A DNA stretch of 64,000 nucleotides from Eledone cirrhosa (Eukaryota): the NCBI GenBank assembly GCA_964016885.1, contig OZ024758.1, positions 434,001-498,000 of the forward strand. Direction: 5' to 3'. Shown piece by piece: positions 30,150 to 43,539 of this stretch. The translations under genes and the position numbers were made by a program. How positions within the stretch are numbered: the first letter of the stretch is position 1; the number at the start of each line of letters is the position of its first letter. A model generated the notes under the pieces. It did not search any database and was not told the origin of the DNA. It saw only the letters and a list, made by a program, of their open reading frames with translations.

Positions 30150-30590
30150 CAACATTTGAAGTGGACAGGGAGGCATTCGTCCAGGTATAATAATTATTTA
30201 AACTTCATGCCAACTCTTACTTATGGTAATGAATCTTGGATAATGACCGAAAGAATACACAAGCAGCCGGATAGTGTTCCTCCGAAGGGTGTTTGAACTA
30301 AAGCTCGGCGATCAGAGAGTTGCTCCAAATAGAACCGCTACGAATTGAGAGATCACAGCTCCGATACTATGGGCATGTGGTTTGAATGTCTCAAGAAATA
30401 ATAGCTAGACAGATTTTACGAGCAAAACCAACCGGCAGGAGATCCAGCGGAAGACCCCAAGCAAGATGCTTGTATAACATCCATGGAGGGTGAATTGAAG
30501 ACGGTTGTTTTTGACACGACCCGCTAGAAATAAAGTTTGGAAACTCTGCCGCCACGACCCTCCCATGAATAAGGAGGAGAAGAGATGATT
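30150..30590 (+). mobile_element. Decayed RTE-type LINE 3' end
   Basis: PTLTYGNESWIMTER..ERSQLRYYGHVV..ARQILRAKPTGRRSSGRP. Confidence 0.7.
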
Positions 30591-30659
30591 ATAAACAAAT
30601 GTTGATGTTGTTCTTGTCGTTGTTGTTTCGGTACACGCCAGCCCAAATTGACTAGACCT

Positions 30660-30830
30660 ATAATTGTTTCTACTTTTGGCACAAGGCCAGTAATCCCCTA
30701 GTGCATTACTGGTACTTTATTTTATCGACCCCGTAAGGATGAAAGGCAATGTTAACCATGGCGGGATTTGAACTCAGAATGGCAAGGGCCATAACTCTAT
30801 GCGTCTAAGCATGGCGTCGAACCCCACACA
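30660..30830 (-). mobile_element. tRNA-derived SINE, family S1
   Basis: Aligns to 14082-14257 and 38248-38436. Confidence 0.8.
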
Positions 30831-30980
30831 TGTTCTGTTATGTTAAAGAAGAATTCATAGGAGTCTGAGATTATAGGAAATGAAATTACCTAAACATGTT
30901 ACAATATTAAAGATATTCCAATAATAAAGATATTCCAGCATGGCAATCCCATCTCGCTTTTATATATATTTACATATATA

Positions 30981-31035
<55 letters not shown>

Positions 31036-31088
31036 AACACACACACACACACACATATATATACATATATATATATATATGTGTGTGT

Positions 31089-31168
31089 GTGTGTAAGTAT
31101 TTTTGAACGTAATGTAGTAATTTCTTGGTATACGTAGCTCTTAGGAGTGTCCGCATCCTTCAGTGTAC

Positions 31169-31219
<51 letters not shown>

Positions 31220-31298
31220 TACACTGAAGGATGCGGACTCTCCTAAGAGCTACGTATACCAAGAAATTACTACATTACGTTCAAAAATACTTACACAC
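31089..31298. repeat. About 80-bp inverted duplication centred on an (AT)n tract
   Basis: 31089-31169 is the reverse complement of 31218-31298 with one mismatch. Confidence 0.9.
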
Positions 31299-31630
31299 TC
31301 ATCAATTACATGAGTGTGTGTCTGTATGTGTATTCGTGTATGTGTGTGAGTATATCAGTGTGTGTGTGTGAGGATAAGCGTGAACTTTCATACATATCGA
31401 ATGATGTACAGAAATATAGTTACATAAACACACATGCACGCCCACAGACTTATACACCTGCGCATACACACTGACATATATGAATATATACCTACATACA
31501 CACACACCTATATATATTTAGATATATACGTATATATATGCATGTGTGTATATATGTATGCATAAATGTATGTATATGTGTGTATGTATGTTTATATGTA
31601 TGTATATATGTATATATATATATCTGTATG

Positions 31631-31703
<73 letters not shown>

Positions 31704-32029
31704 ATATTATAGGTTTTCTGTGTAGTATTGCCCTCATTTTCGCCACCCTTAAAAAAACCATCAAATGTACACTTTGATAAATGTACAGCTTGAAAAAGTA
31801 GACTTCACATCTTGTGAGATTGCTGTATGATTGGGATAGTGAAGAGTGAGGGAAGTTGGACATGCAAAGATTAGTAATGACGTATTCATATTTTGGCCTA
31901 GGGTTCTTAATTGTTTGATGTCTATAAAATGGTGTGAACAAGGAAATATAAGGCAGAGTGCCGAGAAGAAATTCATCAGATGGTAATCTATATATCTATA
32001 TTTTTTATATGATCATTGTGCCAAATATA

Positions 32030-32121
<92 letters not shown>

Positions 32122-33760
32122 TACAAACATACGTATGTCTATACATCTATAGATATATATACACACTGTATGCATACACACACACACACACATGTATATA
32201 TATATATGTATATATATTAACATGCATACACACACTAACTTAGAAATAAACCTCCGTGTAAAAGAATATAAGAATGAATGAACGCACACACACACACACA
32301 CACACGTATAGAAACACAGATAGAAGTACAAACGAATGAAAATTGTGCTCCATACAATATAGTTGTGATTTTATGTATATGGCTTGTATTAATATGAAAC
32401 ATCATTATCCTTCTAATTCTGATAATATAAGCCTTTGTCTTCTGAAATTGAGTTTAAGCAAAATCGTCTACACCAGGAATTTTCGAGCTCGATGTATTTC
32501 AACAAACAGTAAATGTAGTCCTTATCTAATCCTTATCTGAGGAGTAATTTTTGTTACTGTAAATGTTTAGCTACAGGAAGCCATTATATAATAAATTCGG
32601 AAATTATGAAGAAATTTAAGACGTTTTTATACGTCTTAAAGGTGTTTCAACAAAACATAAATATGAATAAATATGGTAAATGGAATAGCTTTATCAAACT
32701 ACGCTTTAGTGTATAGGAGCAGATCCATATACTAAGATGCGAGCATGGTTTTATATTTTACACTATTATGCACATTTTAAAGGCATTAAATTCTTATGTA
32801 ATAACTATAGCGTTGTCATCAGACATGTACTGAAAATGTAAACTATGCTGTTGACATGCCCGCTGTTGAAGAGATGTTGTCTATTCAGTTTCTAGAATGC
32901 ATTTGCTATTTCACGCTGGCAACAGTTAGAGGGAGAGGAGGAGTGGATGCTTCTGTAATGGTGGTAGGAGGTGTAATCAGGTCACTGTACTAATTGTACC
33001 TTTATCTGTTAAATGTTTTAAAATAGATAGAATAAAAGTTAATTGTAAAAATAATTGTTTTATTGCCCCTTTAATAACCATGGCAGATTGACCATATATG
33101 TGTGTATGTGAATATATGTATGTGCTCGTGTGTGCCTGTGTGTCTGTGTGTGTATGTATGTGAATGTATGTATGTGTTCGTGTGTGCCTGTGTGTCTATA
33201 TATATATATGTGTGTGTATGTGTGTGTATGTATATACATGTATGAGTATGAGTGTAGATATGAACATTTATTGCCACTAGTCTAGGAGATACATTTTTTT
33301 ATGATTTACATATATGAAAATACATGTTAAGTAAATGTTATTTACGTGTACTCTACGATATGACGAGCTAGGAAAGAGAAGGAAAAGAGAAGTAGATGAA
33401 AAGATAGATAAAAAGTAAGAAGGAATCACCAAATAGAATCATATTCTACATATCTTTCTATATTCCTTATATTGCTCTGAATATATTCTACATTTATTTA
33501 AGAAATGAAACGGTCGAGTGGTATTTGAAAATGCTGATTTGTTTTTACATACCAATTAAAATATTCTGAGTTTATCGACTTGCATGCATGTGTAGATAAA
33601 GTGGTCCCCCCCCCACACACACATACACACACATACACACACACATGCATACACTCACATGCAGGTAAACACACGCACAAACACAGAAACAAACACATAA
33701 ACACAGACACATTTATATGCATACATATATATATATAAATGCATATATACATACTCACAT

Positions 33761-33828
<68 letters not shown>

Positions 33829-33859
33829 ATAGATATATGTATACATAAATATATATGTG

Positions 33860-33943
<84 letters not shown>

Positions 33944-34017
33944 TATGTATATATGCATTTATATATATGTATGCATATAAATGTATGTATACATATATCT
34001 ATACATATATATATATA

Positions 34018-34139
<122 letters not shown>

Positions 34140-34713
34140 TATGTATACATATAATCTATATATATATATATGTGTATATATATATATATATGTGTGTGTG
34201 AGTATGTACATATGCATTTATATATATGTATGCATATAAATGTGTCTGTGTGTCTATATATATATATACACTCACACGCACACATATATATATACATATA
34301 GAAAAAGATGGAAGCTCGAGAGAATGTAAACAATTCTTCCTTTTCCAATAAATTCTTGTTAAAAAGAAAAGAAATACGATTATGCAGTCTTTGTTTGGTG
34401 AGTAGACGAAAGATGTAATCAATGAATTGTTTATTACTGTTGTTTTGGGGCAATATATATATCTATATATCTATATATATGCAATCACACCTGAAGCACT
34501 AGCAGACAGAAGAGCAGTAGCAGCAGCAGTAGCAGCAGCAGTAGGAGCAGCAGTAGGAGCAGCAGCATTGTTATACAACAATGATAATAAAACTAGTAGC
34601 TATATATTTATGAATTAATGAAGGTATTTATTCGTGCATATATAAAAGTGCAATCGGAGACACATACTGTCATTTACACAAAAAAACACATCACACATAC
34701 AAACACACATACA

Positions 34714-34753
<40 letters not shown>

Positions 34754-34759
34754 AACACT

Positions 34760-34837
<78 letters not shown>

Positions 34838-34839
34838 GT

Positions 34840-35300
34840 GGAAAGCCTACTCGTGTTCGAGTAAGGCCACTTTTCTTAGAAAGTAAAAAAGGGACAAATC
34901 GACAACTCCAAAAATATGTTGTTGATGTTACTGTCGCTGATGGCTCCTTAGATGTCTCATCAAACCAGGAAGTGTCCTACAGGTCATACTACAGAGTGTG
35001 TAGTTAAGTCTCCGACCTGCTTGAGTCTGGTTAGAATAGCTCGTCTTGTGGTGCCGTGTCCGCTCACTTTGAGTGTGACAGATTTTGTCGCAGATGCCAC
35101 ATGCAAAATGAAGATGTATGGGATTCTCAGACGTCATACTCACGGAAATTACACATTTGAGTACCCTATAAATCTTGATATATATAAAACTGCTCCTTAA
35201 TTTGTCGAGCTGTACCAGACAGTCTTTAGGTAGCCATTTCTAGCGACATTATAAGCCTGGCAATTTCCTAGGCAATTTCCTAGGATATTTGACAACGTAA
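34840..35300 (-). mobile_element. RTE-type LINE 3' end with C-terminal C2H2-like zinc fingers
   Basis: FACGICDKICHTQSERTRHHKT..CSMTCRTLPGLMRHLRSH then a stop, as in RTE/BovB-like C-termini. Confidence 0.5.
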
Positions 35301-35780
35301 CGCTACGTGTGCTTTTATTTCACCATGCTGCCTCGGCAAAGGAAAGAGTATGTATTATATCTTGTTCAATTTCTCTTAGACTTGAAGAATTAAAATCCCC
35401 TGAAGAGTGTGGCAGATTCATTATTGGTGGTTCCAATAATAATTCTTCCCCCACCAAATTCCCAATAACAGAGGAGGTCTACAACTCATTCGAATTCTTC
35501 GTGAGGGTAAAAGAATGAGATAATATGTCAAAGAAACATGATATACGTCTTCATAACGGCGTTTTAAAAGTCTCGTGCTCAGTGTCGTTTATGTTTGACG
35601 AGATTGTTAAGCGATAAATTGATCTTATCATACCACAACGACATATATGTTTCAAATCGCTCAGAGTTATCTGTCTTAAGGTACGATAGTAGATACCTTG
35701 TATCGGATTGTCACAAATGAATGATAGAGGAAAACAGAAGTTTATTGTTTATAACTTTATTCGTTTAAGTTATAAGACTG

Positions 35781-35908
35781 AAAGAAGAAGAAGAAGAAGA
35801 AGAAGAAGAAGAAGAAGAAGAAGAAGAAGAAGAAGAAGAAGAAGAAGAAGAAGAAGAAGAAGAAGAAGAAGAAGAAGAAGAAGAAGAAGAAGAAGAAGAA
35901 GAAGAAGA
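35781..35908. repeat. (GAA)n microsatellite
   Basis: Pure GAA run. Confidence 0.95.
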
Positions 35909-36733
35909 ATGTATGGTCAATTCTTGCGTGAAATGCCTGAGACAATTGACAAAGATAAGGACTGGAATGTACTAGGGAAAGTGACTTAAAAGTTGAAACT
36001 GTCATTAGTATTTTGGCAACCCAGGAACAGGCCCGAGAATGAACTATATTCTATATCAAGTTCAATATCATGCCAGTGAATTGACCACTTTGTAGGTTGT
36101 GTAGTGAGAAAGGTGAAACAAACTATATTGTTAGTGAATGTAAGATGCTTGATCAGAAAGAGTACATTACTAGATTGGGTCATAGGAAGTTCTGTCATTA
36201 GTATGACATGAGCAGAAGTGAAAAATGGTATGAATACCAACAGGAAAAGGTTGCTGAGAAAGAAAAATATAGTATCTTGTGAAACATGACCATCTAATGC
36301 GACCATTTTATCGTGGCTAGAAACCCTGACGTTGTTGATGTAGAAAAGAATAAATAGTTAAGTATTTTCGATACTGCTTCACCATGGGACCACAGGATGA
36401 ATGAGAAGAAAAGTGAGAAAGCTGGCGAGGGAAATCAGGAAATTATGGAGAATCAGACATCTAGACGTGGTACGATTGTGGTTGGTACGCTGGGTGTAGT
36501 TACTAAAAGGTTAGATGGAAGGATGACTTGCAACGCTAGGAATTACCATCCGGGCGGGATTGTTGCAGAAACAGCCTTGCTAGGTAGAGTAAAGATTCTA
36601 AGGTGGGTGTTAGAAAGTTGAAAGTTAAGAAATGACTCAAATGACACTTCACCTTTGGCTATGGCTCACTCTTTCGGTATATTGTTGGTATAACATCTGC
36701 AAGAGCAAAAGTGTTATGAATGATAATAATAAT
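35909..36733 (+). mobile_element. 5'-truncated, decayed R4/Dong-like non-LTR retrotransposon with restriction-like endonuclease
   Basis: MYGQFLRE.., LKVET..ATQEQA, PLCRLCSEKGET (Zn knuckle), RNPDVV..FDTASPWD..EKKSEK (PD-D/ExK-like), IVVGTLG..ETALLG..ILRWVL then a stop; ends in a short (TAA)n. Confidence 0.75.
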
Positions 36734-36945
36734 ATTGAGTATACGAGGAAAGTTCCATTGGCTCGGAGGATAAATGCAGTTCCTGGTATGACTCGACTGT
36801 AATGACTTGCATTAATAGTTATATATATACATATACATATATTGTTGTTGTGTGTATGGTCTATATATATATATATATACATACTTATACACACACTCAT
36901 ATGTATATATACATATATGAATATATATATATATATATATATATA

Positions 36946-36981
<36 letters not shown>

Positions 36982-37173
36982 CACGCACACACATGCATAC
37001 AAACACATATATATACATTTATATATATATATATACATATATAGTTGCATATATATGGATATATGTGCTAGGATATATAACTATATGTATGTATATATAT
37101 GTGTGTGTATATAAGTATGCATATATATATATATATGAATCTGTATGTAAGTATGCGTATATATAATAATGTA

Positions 37174-37267
<94 letters not shown>

Positions 37268-38138
37268 GTATATATATATTTATATTATATTATATTATAT
37301 TATATTATATTATATTATATTATATTATATATATTTATATATATTGAAGTACCTATTCGTTCTTAACTTCGTAGAATCACACATCATCGGCTACTCAAAG
37401 CCTTTAAGAGCCACTTAAAGCGGTAGAAAATTATCACATCGCTATAGTCTGCCGATACATCTTAGCCTTTTTTTTTATATTCTAGATGCTCGATCTTTCC
37501 CACTCGATCTTTCCCACTCTCACGATTTTCTAGTGATAATGTCTTTTCTGAAGTCTTATGTCTGGTGTTTCAATAGCATATTTTTGCATGTCCGTATATT
37601 CTCTATTTAAAACTGTATATTCTATCCCCTTAAAACAACCTCTTTCGAATATCTTCAAGTTATATTTTGATCTTTGATGATTATATGTGTGTAGAGTAAG
37701 AATGTATACACCCTTCCCCTCTCACTCACTCTCCCCCTTTGTCTACACACCGACACTCACAACCATACACACAGGCACACACACACACACACACACATAT
37801 ATGTATATGTGTGTATGTGTGTGTGTGTGTGTGTATACACAAACACACATATATATATTTTTATATGTATGCGCGTGTGTGATTTTCAATATCGCATATT
37901 CAAGACGGAGTAAATGTACTCAATATGTAAAGTAGAGTGTGTATAATATTTTGTTAGAGTCTGAATTTTTTTATATCGAAGATATCCGTTTCCAATTGTC
38001 GATGTTTCATAAACTCCTGACGAAACCTTCGTCGCCAAATATCCCCGTGGCTACTGTAACAGTTTGAAGTTTTGTAACTTATATGACTCTATATATACAC
38101 ACACACACATTCGCAAACAACTACAAACACACACAAAC

Positions 38139-38183
<45 letters not shown>

Positions 38184-38247
38184 ATATATATATATATGTA
38201 CACGTACACATACACTTACGCACACACTTTAGCTATAACACTGACTA

Positions 38248-38436
38248 AATAATAATTGTTTCTACATTTGGCACAAGGCCGGGAATTACCCAGTACATTA
38301 CTGGTACGTTATTTTATCGACCCCGTAAGGATAAAAGGCAAAGTTGACCTCGGCGGGATTTGAACTCAGAATAGAAAGGGCCGTAACTCTATGCGTCAAA
38401 GCATGACGTCCGACCCGCTACCGATACTGCCAATCC
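38248..38436 (-). mobile_element. tRNA-derived SINE, family S1 (best-preserved copy)
   Basis: A-box TGGCAGTATCGG, B-box GAGTTCAAATCC and an ATT tail. Confidence 0.85.
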
Positions 38437-39195
38437 GAACGGTAAAAGACAGGTATCGGAAGCCGCCTTTTAACTTTCAGTGGTTTTATACGCCCCATTA
38501 TTAGACTATATTATTTAGTAAACGTTACGGCGAAAGCTTCTACTTCTATTTTCAATTCTAGTCCTACGTATATAAGCTTAAGTATAACAAGATAAAATAT
38601 TCAAGACCAGATCACCATTTATCATAAATCTGTATAATCATGGTTGAATTCAAGCTAGACAATGAACACTTCAACAAACCGCCCCACGAGGAACTCTATA
38701 CATATTTGCTCAACAGGCTAGAAATAGTAATGAAATATTTACAAACAGGATTCTACAGACTTAAAGAGAAAAGAAAAATGATATATATCGTTGATAAAAA
38801 ACAGAAGACAGTATAGACATATAGTCACGGTTGGAACAATTTTGTTCGTTTTTAGCTTACATAAGACTAAACAACACATTTTCTCATGGACCGCGAGTCA
38901 AAATGTAGATGAAACAATCAAAATACGTGATGAAAATTTAGAATAATTTAAAGTTTTCTTTAACACTTATAAAGAAAAAATATATATGATGAAGAAATAA
39001 TAATTTCACCAGAGATTGCTGTGCAAGAATCTTCTTTTCTTATTTTGACGGAAGCATACTAATGATATTCCAATACTCGTCTTAGAAAGCAACATACACA
39101 CCATCGCAGATGAGTTTGGTAGGGCATTACTGACAATAACATCTGTGAATTCCTTGTAGCCACCACAGTATAACGAGACCTTTTAACAGCAGTCG

Positions 39196-39226
<31 letters not shown>

Positions 39227-39724
39227 TGTATGTATGTATGTATGTATGTATGTATGTATGTATGTATGTATGTATGATTGTAAGTATGTATGTATGTATG
39301 TATGTTTGTATGTATGTATGTATGATTGTATGTATGTATGTATGTATGTATGTATGTATGTATGTATGTATGTATGTATGTATGTATGTATGCATGTGTG
39401 TATATGTTTGTGTGTATGTATATATGTGTATTTATCAACCTATGTATGCGTTTGTATTTATATCTATCTACCTAGCTCTCTCTCTCTCTCTGTTGAATCA
39501 TATATGGTTGTACAATTAAACATATATACACTGGTTCTATTTCGATTCAGTTTCATCGATCGATTGGGCCTTAAGTTCATTAATCTACTAATTAATTGCT
39601 TCGTCAATGTTCTTTCGTCACAACCTGTGACATCATCGATAATTGTGAGCACACGTGCGTTTTATACAAAACTATTCATGCTCTCTGTTCACATTCAGGA
39701 CTTTATAGCGCAATATATTTCACA

Positions 39725-39805
<81 letters not shown>

Positions 39806-39944
39806 TGATCTTCATTTATATATTTTTCTATTTTTCTATTATTCTATTTTTCTATTTTTCTATTATTCACTTACACATAGCTGTTTACATGTATGTACAT
39901 ACACATATGTAAATACATACGTACACACACACACACACACACAC

Positions 39945-41090
39945 AGATCAAAAGAAGAGGAAAAAAGTAATGTGCATTCTGAAAGTTTATCCTCTTTACG
40001 ATAGTGGTTCGAAATGCACATTACTTTTTTCCTCTTCTTTTGATCTTCAAACTTTCAAACATCTTTCGACTAAAATAATATATAATTGAAATTAATCTCA
40101 CACAAAATAATATATAATTTTCTCTATATATTTTCTGTGTAAATCATTCATCAAATTTAACGGTTAACAAACAAGATTGGAGTTATCTTTCCCTTTTCAA
40201 TCGTGCAAACATAAACATTATATTATAATATAATATGTATGATAAACTATATAACTTCGCTAAATTAACAATATTCTGAAAACATTTTAAATGCTGGAAC
40301 AAAATATTTGAATCTACAAATTGTTCTCCTCTAACAACTTGATCTACGTGGTTTTTTTTTTATGTAAAAAGCAAAATCAAAATCCTTCGTAAATCATATT
40401 AGAAATGTAAACAACTAATAATTGTAAATTATTTCTATTTCTATAATACTTATACATGCACAATTATTAATCTATATAGATATTTATATACTTACAACCT
40501 ATTGTAATGTAATAACATAAAATCTACTTACAACCATAATTCTTCATATAATCTAATTGATTATATATACAATATTATAACTCATAATATAGTTAAATAA
40601 ATTTAAATTCTCTAATCATATTCCACCATTCCCGCAAATTGTTAATTATTAACGTAAAAACAAGCTCTTCTTTCTTTTTTTCTTCTTCCTATTTCATACA
40701 TACATATATCCTAATTATTTAAATTCTGCATAACGTCTAAAATAACGTTTTTTCAGCCCTATACCTCAACCTTATTTGCATACTCATCTAAATAACTTGA
40801 AATATCTGACTTTTCTTCACTATCGAAGAAAAACTTGAACCGTTAAGGTATCTTTTGTTGGCTATGTCAAAATTTATAAAACAAACTTTGTATTTTATCT
40901 GATGAAAGCGTACAAAAGTTTTGGTACCATTGAAATATATATAATAGAATAAATATGGTTTTATAAATATAGTTTCCATTTATTTAATATCATTGAATAT
41001 TATACTCCAGAAAACTTGTCGAGTGCTCTGAATCAGTCATAAACATTTATATTTCTTGAATTACCAACAAATTGAATATCCCTTTTGCTT
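39945..41090 (+). mobile_element. 5'-truncated PLE 3' region (family D) with a hairpin at its 5' junction
   Basis: Perfect 34-bp inverted arms at 39945-39978 and 40013-40046, then an AT-rich body, the HHR at 40891, a tail shared with 62349-62390 and 56541-56645, and (TA)n. Confidence 0.55.
40891..40951 (+). ncRNA. Type I hammerhead ribozyme (family D)
   Basis: TATTTTAT-CTGATGA-stem II (AA..GTAC..GTAC..TT)-GAAA-TATATA-TA-ATAGAATA. Stem I is 8 bp, stem III is the palindrome ATATATAT and the site is AUA. Confidence 0.7.
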
Positions 41091-41554
41091 ATATATATAT
41101 TTGTTGTTGTTTTCTCTTCGGTAACTTATGTGGTTTGTTGTTTTATTGTTCTTACATTGGTGAAGCAGTTTAGCATATGTTAATAGTGGTGGGTGGGGGG
41201 TAGGCGTTGTTTTGATGCCATTCATATGTTCACATTCCATTTCTACTGAACCGATGGCCTATTTTATTGGTATTAGTCTTGGATTGCGGCGATGTGTAGA
41301 AATTATTTTGAATTCGAATTTCTATATTAAGCCACCATGTTTAGCTTTGGTGTGTTGACAGAGCGGCGATGTAGATTTTATGTCTCTGAATTCACCCAGA
41401 TATAAACAATAAACATACATATATCTATATACATTATTGACAGGGAATAGCGAGAGACTATGGCTCCGTTAATTTATCGTGATATATATATATATATATA
41501 TGTGTATATATATATATATGTGTATACATGTGTATATGTATATGTATGTATGTG

Positions 41555-41638
<84 letters not shown>

Positions 41639-41641
<3 letters not shown>

Positions 41642-42163
41642 CGTTTCTGAATTTGTTTAGCAAGATTCTTTATCTGAAATCGTGTGTTGAAACCGATATT
41701 GTTATACTTTGGGAGGGTCATGTTGCCAATAAGAAACACACGCACCAGTTGCTTTCACTTCAATTTATTATAATAAATTTATAAATTTAGGAATTTATAA
41801 ATTTATAAATTTCTGGTTGGTTGGTTGGTTCCACAACCAGATAGTTGTTTATATATTGTCAAAGTTCTTTCGTCACACATTCTGTGACCTCATCAGTGAC
41901 TGGGGATTCTTTTCTTTGTTTTTGTGCCTCTCCTTTGTTCTGTCCTACGCCATTTTGTTTCTGTGTGTACACACAGAAACAAAATGGTCACAGAATGTGT
42001 GACGAAAGAACTTTGACAATATATAAACAACTATCTGGTTGTGGAACCAACCAACCAACCAACCAGAAATTTATAAATTTATAAATTTATTATAATAAAT
42101 TAAAGTGAAAGCAACTGGTGCGTATGTTTCTTATTGGCAACATGACCCTCCCAAAGTATAACA

Positions 42164-42165
<2 letters not shown>
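41639..42165 (-). mobile_element. PLE pLTR family B, longest copy, fold-back structure
   Basis: Inverted arms at about 41698-41889 and 41986-42165, a perfect central palindrome at 41950-41987, a terminal tail at 41639-41697 and (TA)n on both sides. Confidence 0.75.
41858..41900 (-). ncRNA. Minimal type I hammerhead ribozyme (family B)
   Basis: Minus strand: GTCA-CTGATGA-G-GTCACA-GAATG-TGTGAC-GAAA-GAAC-TT-TGAC. Stem I is 4 bp and stem II is 6 bp. The copy at about 4212 has CUA instead of CUU; both are NUH. Confidence 0.65.
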
Positions 42166-42203
<38 letters not shown>

Positions 42204-42269
42204 ATATATATATATATGTGTTTCGTGCGTGTGTGCGTGCGCGTGTGTGTGTGTGTAAGTGGGCGCGTG

Positions 42270-42810
42270 TGTGAACGTGCTTGTTGACACCTGGAATATA
42301 AATTAAGAGAAACTTCACAATAAGGGGAAGCAGCCCAACACTTGAACTTGTTTATAGAATTCATTCTGCCATTTCAGCCTAATTTCAGCCTTAAAGAATT
42401 AGCTTCTAAAGAATTTCCCTTTTCTTTAAACCAATGAACCCCAACCATCCTGTAGACACCTGACTTACAGGCATTGTTAGTTTAAGAGATAAACAAGGAT
42501 TGGTATTCCAATTTGAACTTGTTTACAGTATTCTTTCTGCCTTTGTTAATATAAATTATAGCTTTAAAGAATTAGCTTTTAATGAATTCCCTTTTCTTTA
42601 AATCCATCAACCAATGACCTCCACCTATCCTAATCCCCACCCTCTCCTACCACCAGAAAAGATATAAATACCACCACATTTACTTGGACAGTCAGCTTCC
42701 TGATGCTTTCTCACGAATGAAACAGTTCTAATCCTGTAGAAGCTTTTCTATATTAAAACATTTATACTCTGCTAAGTATTGAGTACCTTACTTAGTGTGG
42801 TTACCCCCGA
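42270..42810 (+). mobile_element. PLE pLTR family E: CCAAT/TATA-like region, HHR and tail, ending at (TA)n
   Basis: CCAAT at about 42431 and 42612, TATAAATA at 42663 and the HHR at 42694. The tail ..TGTGGTTACCCCCGA is shared with 59402-59418. Confidence 0.6.
42694..42744 (+). ncRNA. Type I hammerhead motif (family E) with an A9-to-C core change
   Basis: AGCTTC-CTGATGC-T-TTC-TCAC-GAA-T-GAAA-CAG..CTG-TA-GAAGCT. Stem I is 6 bp and the site is GUA. Confidence 0.65.
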
Positions 42811-43431
42811 TATATATATATATTTTCCTCCGCTGTGACCCGTCTGTTTCTTTCTTACTGCTTCCTCTTTTCTCTGTATCTCTCTCTTCCCTTTACCCCC
42901 TCTAACAGTCACTCTCTCTGTATCTCTATCTTCCCTTTACCCCCTCTAACAGTCACTCTCTCTGTTAGCCTCTTCCTCACCTTTCACTCACTCACTCTCT
43001 GCTACTCCCTCTCCTACTTCCTCCCGTTTGACCTGTGCGAAATTCTTTCCTCACGCACACTTTGACCAGGTCGGTTGTTCTTTATTCTCTCTCGTCTACG
43101 ATTTCACAGAACTTATGTTCACCGATTTCAGGGACTAGACTCCTTCTTCCTCCCGTTTGACCTGGGCGAAATTCTTTCCTTGCTCACATTTCGACCAGAT
43201 TGATGGTCTTTATTCTCTCTCGTTTATCGATTTCAAAGACTTGACCCCTTCTTCCTCACTTTTCGTTGCATTACCATCTTTGTTTGTTTACAGTCTCGCT
43301 CGTTCCCCTTATTTACGTGTCCCAACGACTTTCTTTAGCCGTTGCTCGCACCAACCGGAGGTATATGGTCTTTAAAGCGATGAAATACCAATGAAGGTTG
43401 GCAGATCACTGATGAAGGACTAAATTTATTC

Positions 43432-43500
<69 letters not shown>

Positions 43501-43504
43501 CATC

Positions 43505-43539
<35 letters not shown>

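Noticed and set aside
31218-31275. CTGAAGG..GAAAT in the hairpin arm as a hammerhead
   Set aside because: The core and junction spacing are non-canonical and there is no convincing stem I.
31970-32830. Other CTGANGA hits (31974 -, 32538 +, 32817 -)
   Set aside because: They cannot be folded into three stems with the GAAA core.
43404-43440. CTGATGA-AGG.. running into (TA)n as a hammerhead
   Set aside because: It has no GAAA, stem III or stem I partner; at most a truncated 5' half.
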